From Afipia sp. (GTDB taxonomy: Bacteria; Pseudomonadota; Alphaproteobacteria; Rhizobiales; Xanthobacteraceae): a DNA stretch of 64,000 nucleotides. The translations under genes and the position numbers were made by a program. This document shows positions 9,053 through 17,771 of the stretch, one piece after another (within the stretch, counting starts at the first letter, position 1; the number at the start of each line of letters is the position of its first letter). The stretch lies in contig JAUSAX010000122.1 in the NCBI GenBank assembly GCA_030652315.1, forward strand, positions 2,520 to 66,519, written 5' to 3'. The notes beneath the pieces were generated by a model. The model was not told the DNA's origin, did not search any database, and worked only from the letters and a program-made list of their open reading frames with translations.

Positions 9053-10303
9053 CTACAGTTTCTCCGCGCCGGCGCGGAACAGGCCGATGACCAGTTCGCT
9101 GGCGCCGTCGATCGCGCGGCGGGTCGTCGAACCTGCAGCAATCGGTTCTGCGGCAACCAGCGGAGACTCCATCGCGATGTTGCCGCCGCGCCAGACTTTC
9201 AACACGCCGATCCGCTGGCCGGGCTGGACCGGCGCACGCACCGGGCCGGTGTAAACGATACGCGCCACCAGCTTGTCGGTTCCGTTTCGCTGCACCATGA
9301 CCTTGATGGGTTCGGGACTGGCCAGTTTGACCGAACGGCTCTCGCCGCCGAACACGCGCGCGTAGCCGACCGCCTGATCCGCTGCGAACAGTGTTCGCGC
9401 CTCAAAATTGCGGAAACCCCATTCGAGCAGCTTCTTGGCTTCAGTTGCGCGGTCGTCGGAATCTTCCAGGCCGTTGACAACCACGATCAACCGCAGGCCG
9501 TTCTGCACGGCGGAGCCGACCATGCCGTAGCCGCCCTCCTTGGTATGGCCGGTCTTCATACCATCGGCACCTTCGAGCATCGTGAGCAGCGGGTTGCGGT
9601 TCTGCTGACGGATCTTGTTCCAGGTGAATTCACGCTCGCTGAACAGCTTGTACTGATCCGGATAGGTCAGAACGATGTGGCGCGCGAGCATTGCCAGTTC
9701 GCGCACGGTCATCTTGTTGCCGGGGTCCGGCAAGCCGCTCGAATTTCCAAAGGTTGACTTCGTCAGCCCAAGCTCGCGCGCGCGTTTGGTCATCCGTTCG
9801 GCGAAAGCGGCTTCGGTGTTCGAGAGGCCTTCAGCCAGCGCCATGCAGGAATCGTTGCCGCTCTGGATCACCGCGCCATGCAGAAGATCATTGACGCTGA
9901 CACGGCTGTTGATCGCCGCGAACATGGTCGAACCGCCGGACGGCGCGCCGCCCTTGCGCCAGGTGTTCTCGCTGATCCTGAACTCATCGGTGAGCTTGAT
10001 CTCGCCCTTCTTGAGCGCGTTGAAGACCACCTCGGCGGTCATCAGCTTCATCATGCTGGACGGCGCCCGCAATTCGTCCGCGTTCTTCTCGAACAGAATG
10101 CTGCCGGATTTCGCCTCGATCAGGATCGCGGTCGGCGCATCGACCTCGTATCCATCCTCCTTCTTGGCGCCCTGCACGCTGTTGTTGGCCGCATAGGCCA
10201 TGCCGCCCAGCGCCACGCCGGCCGTCAGCACAACGGCGACGAGCGGCCAGAACCGCACAGTCCGACGTCCGCGAATCCGGGATGCTATGAGAATGGCTGC
10301 CAT
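9053..10303 (-). CDS. dacA: D-alanyl-D-alanine carboxypeptidase (peptidase S11)
   Basis: SxxK (SMMK), SGN and KTG motifs; N-terminal signal/anchor segment. Confidence 0.9.
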   Translation of the reverse strand: MAAILIASRIRGRRTVRFWPLVAVVLTAGVALGGMAYAANNSVQGAKKEDGYEVDAPTAILIEAKSGSILFEKNADELRAPSSMMKLMTAEVVFNALKKGEIKLTDEFRISENTWRKGGAPSGGSTMFAAINSRVSVNDLLHGAVIQSGNDSCMALAEGLSNTEAAFAERMTKRARELGLTKSTFGNSSGLPDPGNKMTVRELAMLARHIVLTYPDQYKLFSEREFTWNKIRQQNRNPLLTMLEGADGMKTGHTKEGGYGMVGSAVQNGLRLIVVVNGLEDSDDRATEAKKLLEWGFRNFEARTLFAADQAVGYARVFGGESRSVKLASPEPIKVMVQRNGTDKLVARIVYTGPVRAPVQPGQRIGVLKVWRGGNIAMESPLVAAEPIAAGSTTRRAIDGASELVIGLFRAGAEKL

Positions 10304-10416
10304 GTCGAGATTCCTGAGGATCGCGTTGTAACAGTTGGGCTGGTACCAAACAACGTGTGGCGGGCCGTCACGGCGTGTCTGCAGCTGTCAAAATCCTGAA
10401 AAGAGGCAGAAAATCG

Positions 10417-11355
10417 ATGTCGTCATCGCGGATGATCTCAGCCAACGGGATTGAAGTTCATGTGACTGAACAAGGCACCGGGCCGCTGGTGCTGCTGTGC
10501 CACGGCTGGCCCGAACTGTCGCATTCGTGGCGGCACCAGCTTCCCGCCATCGCGGCCGCCGGTTTCCATGTTGTCGCTCCCGACATGCGCGGGTTCGGCC
10601 GGACCTCGGCACCGCAGGATATCGAGGCCTACTCAATCTTCGATCTTGTCGGCGACATGGTGGCGCTGGTCGCAGCGCTGGGCGAAACCAAGGCGATCAT
10701 TATTGGCCACGACTGGGGCGCGCCGGTCGCATGGCATGCCGCCCTGTTCAGACCCGATATCTTCACCGCCGTCGGCGGCCTGAGCGTCCCGCCGCCATGG
10801 CGAGGCCGCGAGCGGCCGCTCGAGACCCTGGCGAAAAGCGGGGTCAACAATTTCTACTGGCAGTATTTCCAGAAGCCGGGTGTGGCGGAAGCCGAGTTCG
10901 AACGCGATGTGGGATTCACGATGCGTGCCGTCACTTTCGGTGTCGACTCATCCCTGTTCCTGAAAGACGGACAGGGTTTTCTGGGCGATCCTGCGAAGGC
11001 GCGACCCCGTCCGGCATGGGTCAGCGAGCAGGATCTGGCGCACGTCGTTGAGACCTACACGCGCACCGGATTTCGCGGCGGCCTGAACTGGTATCGCAAC
11101 ATCGACCGGAACTGGGAACTGACCGCTCCGTGGCATGGCGCAAAGATCTATCAGCCGTCGATCTTCATCGCCGGCGCAAACGATTCCGTGGTCACCGGTA
11201 TCATCGGCGGAAAGCGGGTCACCGAGATGGATCGTGTGCTGCCCAACCTGCGGTGTAAGCTGTTGATCGAGGGCGCGGGTCACTGGATTCAGCAGGAGCG
11301 CCCCGACGAGGTCAACGCGGCCCTGGTGGAATTCCTCAACGGCGTGCGGGATTAG
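10417..11355 (+). CDS. alpha/beta hydrolase, epoxide hydrolase-like
   Basis: HGWPE, GHDWGA nucleophile elbow, NWYRN and GHWIQQE motifs. Confidence 0.9.
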   Translation: MSSSRMISANGIEVHVTEQGTGPLVLLCHGWPELSHSWRHQLPAIAAAGFHVVAPDMRGFGRTSAPQDIEAYSIFDLVGDMVALVAALGETKAIIIGHDWGAPVAWHAALFRPDIFTAVGGLSVPPPWRGRERPLETLAKSGVNNFYWQYFQKPGVAEAEFERDVGFTMRAVTFGVDSSLFLKDGQGFLGDPAKARPRPAWVSEQDLAHVVETYTRTGFRGGLNWYRNIDRNWELTAPWHGAKIYQPSIFIAGANDSVVTGIIGGKRVTEMDRVLPNLRCKLLIEGAGHWIQQERPDEVNAALVEFLNGVRD

Positions 11356-11375
11356 CCGGTCGACAGCGACTGGCC

Positions 11376-12314
11376 TCAGTAGAGACCGCGGCCTGACATC
11401 AGGTTGTTGTTGCTGGTGCGCGGAGCCGCCGCAAAGGAAGCGACAGGCTTCGTCGTCGGAGAGGACTCTTCGGCGACTTCCTCAGGCTCTGCCTGAATGT
11501 TGCGTTCGAAGCGCCGTCCGCCCGGCCGCATGGCGCGGGATGCTGAGACTTCCGACGCGCCCGCTGCAGCAAAATCTTCCTTGGTATTGCCGAGCGTATA
11601 GGGGCGCCCCGCCGGCAGCGGAATATCGCCCCGTACGACGCCGCGCGTCGGCGCGACCTCCGGGATAAAGGCATTTGCCGACGCGACCCTGACGCTCGAA
11701 GGCGCCGGGGCCGGCTGCCCTGTCCGCAGCGTCGCCATCAACTGGCGGTCGTCCGATCCCTCCAGCGGCGCGCGCCCGACATATTCGACGCGAACGCGCC
11801 CAACGCCATTCTCACGGAATTCCAAAAGCTTGGCCGCCGTATTTGAGACGTCGATCAAACGATTGCCGTGGTAGGGACCACGGTCGTTGACACGCACGAT
11901 CACCGACTTGCCGTTGGCCATATTGGTCACGCGCGCGTAGCTCGGCAGCGGCAATGTCGGATGGGCTGCGGTGAGCGACGTCATGTCGAACACTTCGCCG
12001 TTGGCCGTCAGGCGGCCGTGGAAGGCATCGCCGTACCAGGAGGCCATGCCCTCGGCACGATAGTTCGGATCTTCTTCCGGCACATAGGTTTTGCCGGCAA
12101 CGACATAGGGTTTGCCGACGCGATAGGTGCCGCCGCCCCTGGGAACGGCTTCGCCGAAATCGACCACCCGGGGGCTACTGGACACGCCGTATTTCGGATC
12201 GACGCGGCTGGAGAGTTTGTTCGACGCGCCGCAATTGGCAACGAGCAGGCACACGGCTCCCGCCGCCGCGACACGCAGGCCCGCCTTGCCCGATTCCCTG
12301 ACGCAAATCCCCAT
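11376..12314 (-). CDS. rlpA: septal ring lytic transglycosylase RlpA family lipoprotein
   Basis: Lipobox-like LVANC; GMASWYG, TANGE, AAHPTLP and VNDRGP...IDVS (DPBB domain). Confidence 0.92.
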   Translation of the reverse strand: MGICVRESGKAGLRVAAAGAVCLLVANCGASNKLSSRVDPKYGVSSSPRVVDFGEAVPRGGGTYRVGKPYVVAGKTYVPEEDPNYRAEGMASWYGDAFHGRLTANGEVFDMTSLTAAHPTLPLPSYARVTNMANGKSVIVRVNDRGPYHGNRLIDVSNTAAKLLEFRENGVGRVRVEYVGRAPLEGSDDRQLMATLRTGQPAPAPSSVRVASANAFIPEVAPTRGVVRGDIPLPAGRPYTLGNTKEDFAAAGASEVSASRAMRPGGRRFERNIQAEPEEVAEESSPTTKPVASFAAAPRTSNNNLMSGRGLY

Positions 12315-12773
12315 AGAACCCCAAATAGCACTTTTTACGCCGTCTTGCCTACCGGGCATCGCCAGGGCCGGACGCTCGCACTTCATACGGCGATTACCTT
12401 AACCCATTGCTTCCATGCCCGGAACGGCGAGATACGTGAGGTGGTAAACCAGAGATTGATTTTCGGCGCTTGCCGCCTCCCGTTATGCAAGCGCTACCCT
12501 GCCAACGCTTCTCTGGTCGGACGACAGCGACGGAAAAGACCAGATTATTTGCGCCAGCATCGCGAGCACATTTCTGCTGCCCCTCGTCGTCTCGGCCCTC
12601 ATCCTGTTGATCGTGAAGTGGATTGTGGCGATCAGCCGTTCCTGACCGGCCCGAGAGGGCTTGTTCGGCAGGCGCACTTTTACCTCCGGTGTTGCCGGGG
12701 CGTGACAGGTGGAGCGGTGATTCTAGGTTACAAACGACGCAATTGAATTGTTTCGAACGCAGGACATTTTGAT

Positions 12774-13529
12774 ATGAAAAAGTTCCTTCTCGCCACGACA
12801 ATTCTCGGCGCAGCCATCGCTTCCGCATCTGCCGCTGACATGAGCCGCCCCTACACGAAGGCTCCTGTCTATGTCGCGCCAGTCTACAACTGGACCGGCT
12901 TCTATGTTGGCGCGCATATCGGCGCAGCCTTCGGCGGAAACGACACGGTCGAACAGGTTCTTCCTGCACCTGCCCTCTTCCCGCTCTCGGCAAGCAACCG
13001 CGACGCCACGTTCCTCGGCGGCGGCCAGATCGGCGCAGATTATCAGTTCGCTCCGAATTGGCTGATCGGTATCGAAGGCCAGATCAGCGGCCTGGCCAGC
13101 AGCGACCGCACCTTCACCAGCACGTTCAGCGGCGGTGTCGTCGTCAACGATCGCTCCAGCGACTGGCTTGCTTCCGTGACGGGCCGCCTCGGTTACGTGT
13201 CCGGCCCGCTCCTGGTCTACGCCAAGGGCGGCGTCGCATTCCGCGATGACAGCGACATCAGTTTCACGGTCGCAAACCTGGCGACTCCGTTCATCATCAC
13301 CCGCGAGACCACTGGCTGGACCGTCGGCGGCGGCCTGGAATACATGTTCGCTCCGAACTGGTCGGCCAAGATCGAGTACCAGTACTATGATTTCGACCGC
13401 ACCAACTTCTCGACAGTGGCGGGATCGACCACGCCGGTGGCCTTCAGCTACAAGGAAGACCTTCACACTGTGAAAGTCGGCGTGAACTATCACTTCAACT
13501 GGGGCGGCCCGGTCGTCGCCAAGTACTGA
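12774..13529 (+). CDS. Omp25/RopB-type outer membrane beta-barrel protein
   Basis: Signal peptide; AADM..PYTKAP, YNWTGFYVG, GWTVGGGLEY and VGVNYHF motifs. Confidence 0.9.
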   Translation: MKKFLLATTILGAAIASASAADMSRPYTKAPVYVAPVYNWTGFYVGAHIGAAFGGNDTVEQVLPAPALFPLSASNRDATFLGGGQIGADYQFAPNWLIGIEGQISGLASSDRTFTSTFSGGVVVNDRSSDWLASVTGRLGYVSGPLLVYAKGGVAFRDDSDISFTVANLATPFIITRETTGWTVGGGLEYMFAPNWSAKIEYQYYDFDRTNFSTVAGSTTPVAFSYKEDLHTVKVGVNYHFNWGGPVVAKY

Positions 13530-13557
13530 TAACTCAAGTACTGAGCTCAAGTACTGA
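13520..13557. repeat. three copies of CAAGTACTGA (the last codons plus stop of the omp gene)
   Basis: Copies at 13520, 13535 and 13548. Confidence 0.85.
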
Positions 13558-13584
13558 TAGTTTCAGTCTCTGCCATTAGAACGT

Positions 13585-13613
13585 AGGCCCGGCTATGCGC
13601 CGGGCCTTTGTTT
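13585..13613 (+). terminator. intrinsic terminator after omp
   Basis: AGGCCCGGC-TATGC-GCCGGGCCT stem followed by TTGTTT. Confidence 0.8.
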
Positions 13614-13729
13614 GATAGGTGTACGGCTGATCAGCGCCAGCGACGAAGGGTCAATCAGATAGCGGGTTCGGGGCAATCGCCTCTTTCGCTACCCCGTCCG
13701 CTTTGCTAAGTGCTGGTTTCCAAAGCGCA

Positions 13730-13819
13730 GGAAGGGTGGCCGAGTGGTTTAAGGCACCGGTCTTGAAAACCGGCGTGCCTGCAAGGGCACCGTGGGTTCG
13801 AATCCCACCCCTTCCGCCA
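13730..13819 (+). tRNA. tRNA-Ser (anticodon TGA)
   Basis: 90-nt cloverleaf: GGAAGGG/CCCTTCC acceptor, CCGGT-CTTGAAA-ACCGG anticodon arm, long variable arm, GGTTCGAATCC, G73, encoded CCA. Confidence 0.97.
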
Positions 13820-13966
13820 TTTGCCGCCGGCTACGCCATATTCCGCGAGATGACTACCCTCACCGTCTAGCCGAACTTCTGCGGGGCTTGACTTGAGCGG
13901 ACACGGCCTCGCTTCTGACTTTCCTAATGCCGAATAGGGCAAAGTCGAGATCTGAGAGCAACCATC

Positions 13967-14602
13967 ATGAGCATAGCCAGCGACGCCCGTTTCTGGGACC
14001 GGACTTCACGGAAGTACGCGATGGGCGCGATCGCGGATCAGGCCGGATACGAGCGTACGCTGGATCGGACCCGCGCCCTGTTGGGATTAGGCGACAGGGT
14101 GTTGGAATTGGGCTGCGGAACAGGAACAACGGCGCTCCGGCTCGCCGGCGATGTTCAAGCCTATCTTGCGACGGATATTTCCGCTGGAATGATCGCGATT
14201 GCCAATGAGAAACACGCAGCTGGCCCCATTCCGGCCCTTGTCTTCCGCACCGCGACCGCAGAAGCGCTTACACCCGACGCGGCACAGTTTAACGCGGTTC
14301 TAGGATTCAACTATCTCCATCTGGTCCGCGACCTGCCTGGCACGCTGCGCCGCATCCACACGTTACTTGCGGCGGAGGGCTTGTTCATCTCCAAGACACC
14401 CTGCGTCGGGGATATGAACCCACTCATCCGGTTTGCGCTGCCCGCGATGCGCGCGATCGGCAAAGCACCCTATGCCGGCGTCTTTCGGGTGGCGGACCTG
14501 AGCCAGCAAATAAATGCCGCAGGCTTCAACATTCTTGCCACTGAAAGCCACGCAACGAAGGGCAACGATAATCGTCCGTACATCGTGGCTCGCAAGAGGT
14601 GA
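13967..14602 (+). CDS. class I SAM-dependent methyltransferase
   Basis: VLELGCGTG motif I, ATDISAGMI, FNAVLGFNYLHLV. Confidence 0.88.
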   Translation: MSIASDARFWDRTSRKYAMGAIADQAGYERTLDRTRALLGLGDRVLELGCGTGTTALRLAGDVQAYLATDISAGMIAIANEKHAAGPIPALVFRTATAEALTPDAAQFNAVLGFNYLHLVRDLPGTLRRIHTLLAAEGLFISKTPCVGDMNPLIRFALPAMRAIGKAPYAGVFRVADLSQQINAAGFNILATESHATKGNDNRPYIVARKR

Positions 14603-14644
14603 CGTGAACGGCCGAGGCTGCGTGAGGCGCCTCGCCACACTGAA

Positions 14645-14836
14645 TCACGATCTCTCGCCGCTGTCCTTCAGCAGTTGCATCGCGTTGATGAGCCTGTAGA
14701 TCTTTGGTGATTTCAGGGGATCCGCGTCGCAACGCGGGCACAGCAACTGCGTCTTCCCGCCCTTGAGAGCGATCGCCATCTTGTTCCCGCAGTGGGGACA
14801 ACGACTATGGATCCATTTTCCCATTCCGGAACTCAA
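14645..14836 (-). CDS. small zinc-ribbon-like protein
   Basis: CPHC...CPRC in 63 aa; start may be the ATG of MGKW. Confidence 0.55.
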   Translation of the reverse strand: MSSGMGKWIHSRCPHCGNKMAIALKGGKTQLLCPRCDADPLKSPKIYRLINAMQLLKDSGERS

Positions 14837-14947
14837 GCACCGGGCTGGGATCTGTGTCTGTGAACTTCCTCACACAAGCTGAAAGTTCGTTGGCGCAAGC
14901 GTCAGGATCGACGTACACGGATGCGCCGCCGAGTTCGGCGCACACGT

Positions 14948-14983
14948 AAAAAGGACGCGCCAGGCAATGCTCGACGCGTCCTT
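14948..14983 (-). terminator. intrinsic terminator of a minus-strand mini transcript
   Basis: AAGGACGCG/CGCGTCCTT 9-bp stem ending in a T run on the minus strand. Confidence 0.7.
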
Positions 14984-15037
14984 CCTATTCTCGCTGAACC
15001 AGGCGGAAAGACCGCCCTGTCCGAAGCTCTTGCGAGC

Positions 15038-15082
15038 TTAGCGGGCGGCCTCAGCGAGGTGACAGCGCTTGGAATGAGACAC
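15038..15082 (-). CDS. 14-codon small ORF (MSHSKRCHLAEAAR), not in ORF track
   Basis: AAAGGAGGTG SD 5 nt before a GTG; TAA stop; flanked by a promoter-like sequence and a terminator. Confidence 0.45.
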   Translation of the reverse strand: MSHSKRCHLAEAAR

Positions 15083-15114
15083 TGGACCACCTCCTTTCAG
15101 TTGACGGAACAAGG

Positions 15115-15143
15115 AATATAGGACGCCGCGCGCGAAAGTGAAG
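15115..15143 (-). promoter_or_regulatory. sigma70-like promoter
   Basis: CTTCAC-N17-TATATT, close to the alphaproteobacterial CTTGAC-N17-CTATAT consensus. Confidence 0.4.
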
Positions 15144-15235
15144 ACGCAGCGTGCGATGTCCCCTGGTTCCACTCAATGCTCCATAGACGAGCTATCGCAG
15201 CGATCGCGCTGGCGATGCAGCGCAATCGGCGAGCA

Positions 15236-15658
15236 TCATGCGCTCATCGTATTCGGGTGTGCCCCGCCGACCTTGTCGAACTTGCGCGCCAGCCACGATG
15301 AAAACGTCGCCGGGATGAATCCCACAAGTCCGTAGAGGAAGTAATGCTTGAGGCCCGTCTCGGTGCCCAGTGTCCCATAGAGAACGGCTGTGGCCGCAAA
15401 CGCCACGAGGCCGGTCAACACCATTCGGACAGCCGGACTGATCCGCCGGACGTGCAGGAAAATATCATCGACCGCGCCGATCATCAGAGCCGGAATAATC
15501 CCGAACAGGTAATTGTAGGGAAGCGTCACGACCAAAACCTTGAACAGCTTCCTTATGACATTGTCTCCGTCCCAGTATCCGTCCGGCGTTCCCAGGACGA
15601 GCAGGAAAAACCCAGCCACCAGCGGTCCTATGGCTGCGAAGATGATGTATCGCTTCAT
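15236..15658 (-). CDS. integral membrane protein (resembles the DUF5413-type family, from memory)
   Basis: MKRYIIFAAIGPL start after GGAG; about 4 hydrophobic segments. Confidence 0.7.
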   Translation of the reverse strand: MKRYIIFAAIGPLVAGFFLLVLGTPDGYWDGDNVIRKLFKVLVVTLPYNYLFGIIPALMIGAVDDIFLHVRRISPAVRMVLTGLVAFAATAVLYGTLGTETGLKHYFLYGLVGFIPATFSSWLARKFDKVGGAHPNTMSA

Positions 15659-15790
15659 TTGCTCCTGCCCTGGTTCGTTTCGCGCGCGCCGCGCCCGGCG
15701 TGTTCCACGTATAAGAAAACGAGAACCGGCCGCGCGCAAGCCGTTAGCCCCTGCCGCCGGTCTCGCCGGCAAAAAAATCTACCTCTGCGG

Positions 15791-15816
15791 GGAACGAAGC
15801 GGAAAGCCGACGCGTT
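15791..15816 (+). promoter_or_regulatory. candidate sigma-EcfG (general stress) promoter
   Basis: GGAAC-N17-CGTT. Confidence 0.35.
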
Positions 15817-15857
15817 ATCGAAACAAGAGCCGTCAGCCCGCGAGGGTTGAAAGCTCG

Positions 15858-15899
15858 AAGAGCCCCGCTCGATGCTCCGGCATAGAGCGGGGCTCTTTC
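15858..15899. terminator. 13-bp GC-rich hairpin, terminator-like
   Basis: AAGAGCCCCGCTC / GAGCGGGGCTCTT with a short T tail. Confidence 0.6.
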
Positions 15900-15909
15900 G
15901 GAGATGACC

Positions 15910-16143
15910 ATGCCCTATGCTCTGTTCTGCCAGGACGCCAAGATCAGTCAAGCCTACCCAACCGAGGCCGACGTCTGGAAACATGCCGCCCGGAGCGGCC
16001 TGGTCGTCGATGTGCCGGACCCGGACGAGCCCACGCAAAAACGGATTCTCGACAACGACTATGCCATTCATCCCTGCGAACCAGACCCGAAGGAAAAGCA
16101 CGACCCCGGAGCGACCGACATCGAATTGCCTGTCAGTTCTTGA
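15910..16143 (+). CDS. small acidic hypothetical protein
   Basis: GGAG 6 nt before the ATG; MPYALFC...VWKHA. Confidence 0.65.
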   Translation: MPYALFCQDAKISQAYPTEADVWKHAARSGLVVDVPDPDEPTQKRILDNDYAIHPCEPDPKEKHDPGATDIELPVSS

Positions 16144-16155
16144 TCTCGTGAAGGC

Positions 16156-16395
16156 CTAGCGCGCGCCCCTGAGCTTGCAAGACGTCGAGCACGTCGTCTT
16201 CACGCCTGCGCTGCAGGCCATGCAAACGGCCATGCATTGCTCGAGATTCTGCCGGTCGTAGGTACTGTAAAGTTTCGTTGCGCACGCAAGCGAAGTTTGA
16301 GGCTGCTCCGTATTGCCGAGTGACCGCACGACAGCGAACGCAACAATCAGCAGGCACACAACCGCGGACATCAACAGGATCACGCCGCGGATCAT
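16156..16395 (-). CDS. small membrane-anchored or secreted Cys-rich protein
   Basis: N-terminal hydrophobic helix, then a domain with 6 Cys (C...C...CxxC...CxxxC); start MIRGV at 16395. Confidence 0.6.
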   Translation of the reverse strand: MIRGVILLMSAVVCLLIVAFAVVRSLGNTEQPQTSLACATKLYSTYDRQNLEQCMAVCMACSAGVKTTCSTSCKLRGAR

Positions 16396-16706
16396 GCCTG
16401 ACCGCCCGTGTTTTCCGCCTTGGCCGTACTGCCAGTATCGCTGCCAGTCACCGGAGGCTCCTCCGGATAACCAACGCGCCGGAGCCGGAATCCGTTCCCG
16501 GTGGTGGCAAGTCTCCCCGTCCGAGGTCCGCGGATCTGAAGAAAAAACCCATGAAATCAGGCGAAACCGGAGCCACCGGTCCGGCGCCCCGCGCCATGCA
16601 GGCCGGTTAACGAAACCTGAATCGACGATCCGGATATCGGCGCTTTGATTCAAATTTTCCGAAACTTTCGCAGGCTATGAATACGCTTCAATTAGGAGCG
16701 CAGTCG

Positions 16707-16973
16707 ATGGCCGTTTTCAGGAAAGAGTCCCGCAAGCCCCGCCACACAACCCGGCGCGATGCGTGGATGCTGCTCGACGGGGGATTTGCAAAACGCAATT
16801 GCACCGTTCTCGATCTGTCGTCCGGCGGCGCGCGCGTCCAACTGGCGGACATCGGGCCGCTCGGAAGCAGGCTCAGTCTTGCGCTCACAGGCGACGTGCG
16901 AAAAGTCACGCATTGCCGCCTGATCTGGCGCAAGGACAACATCATCGGCGTTGAGTTTCTTGAGCGCACCTGA
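16707..16973 (+). CDS. single-domain PilZ protein
   Basis: RxxxR (RKESR) and DxSxxG (DLSSGG); AGGAG SD. Confidence 0.85.
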   Translation: MAVFRKESRKPRHTTRRDAWMLLDGGFAKRNCTVLDLSSGGARVQLADIGPLGSRLSLALTGDVRKVTHCRLIWRKDNIIGVEFLERT

Positions 16974-17007
16974 TGTGCTCGAGCCGCGCCCGCGGCTGAA
17001 CGAATCC

Positions 17008-17091
17008 GGAGAGGTGGCTGAGTGGCTTAAGGCACCGCGTGCGGTACACGGGCAACCGTGTCGGAGGTTCGAATCCTTCCCCTCTCCGCCA
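17008..17091 (+). pseudogene. tRNA-Ser-derived gene lacking the 7-nt anticodon loop
   Basis: GGAGAGG/CCTCTCC acceptor, D arm, ACACGG-GCAA-CCGTGT variable arm, GGAGG-TTCGAAT-CCTTC, G73 and CCA. The anticodon arm is only CCGCGTGCGG (10 nt vs 17), and there is one extra C at the T/acceptor junction. Confidence 0.85.
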
Positions 17092-17132
17092 TCACCAAGC
17101 ACCTGAAACGCCGCGCTCGTTTTTCCGAAACA

Positions 17133-17411
17133 TCAGCGCCGGGAACGTGTGCCTCTCGTCGCGCCCGGCTCGATCGAGTCCGGATATACGCTGCGGTTTT
17201 GCGCAAGTCTCCAATTCGGCGCGCACGTCCCGTTCAGGCCGCCGGTGCTCGCCTGGCACTGCGCCATCGACGTGTAGTCACATTGCTCGATAGAGCCGCC
17301 CCACCCCTGAACGTAGGTCATGCAATAGGGATAGTCGGTGGCCTGCGCCGGAGCCTGACCCAAAAGGAACAGCCCAGCGAGTGCCAGCAAGATGCGGTGC
17401 GGATAGGTCAT
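17133..17411 (-). CDS. DUF3551-type small secreted protein
   Basis: Signal peptide; YPYC...CDYTSMAQCQAS..G..GTC..N pattern. Confidence 0.8.
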   Translation of the reverse strand: MTYPHRILLALAGLFLLGQAPAQATDYPYCMTYVQGWGGSIEQCDYTSMAQCQASTGGLNGTCAPNWRLAQNRSVYPDSIEPGATRGTRSRR

Positions 17412-17771
17412 TCGATCCTCGATTCTTGTTTGGGCGGCATGAGACACCAAGGCGCTTCCTCGCTCAAGACGATAGCCAGTCCCCGCGATCACAGTTCAGC
17501 GAACCGGAAGCCTGATTTCGCATAACTTCCAGATCCCCTGCGCCGCGCGAAAGCCACCCCGATCCGCTTGATATGCCGGGTCCCTGCTGACAGCCCAATG
17601 GAAAACGCCGGGGAAAACACCGGGAAAACGCCATGGCATCGTCATGGAACGCCGTCGCCCTCTGTTTTGTTCTTTGCGGATTGATACCGGTGCCGGGTAC
17701 ACTGCTCGCGTGGTGCTTCCGGCCTGAAACCGGCGGACCATGGTTCTGCCCTGCCAAAGTCAGGAGAAGCC

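Noticed and set aside
12481-12645. Hydrophobic reading frame (…TFLLPLVVSALILLIVKWIVAISRS) between rlpA and omp
   Set aside because: No ATG/GTG/TTG start after the upstream stop at 12457 until the last few codons; at best a remnant
14921-15121. 66-aa plus-strand ORF
   Set aside because: No SD or motif; promoter, SD and terminator signals all point to a minus-strand transcript
13820-17007. Active prophage or integrative element between the two tRNA-Ser loci
   Set aside because: No integrase, phage genes or identical att repeat; the two tRNA 3' ends differ
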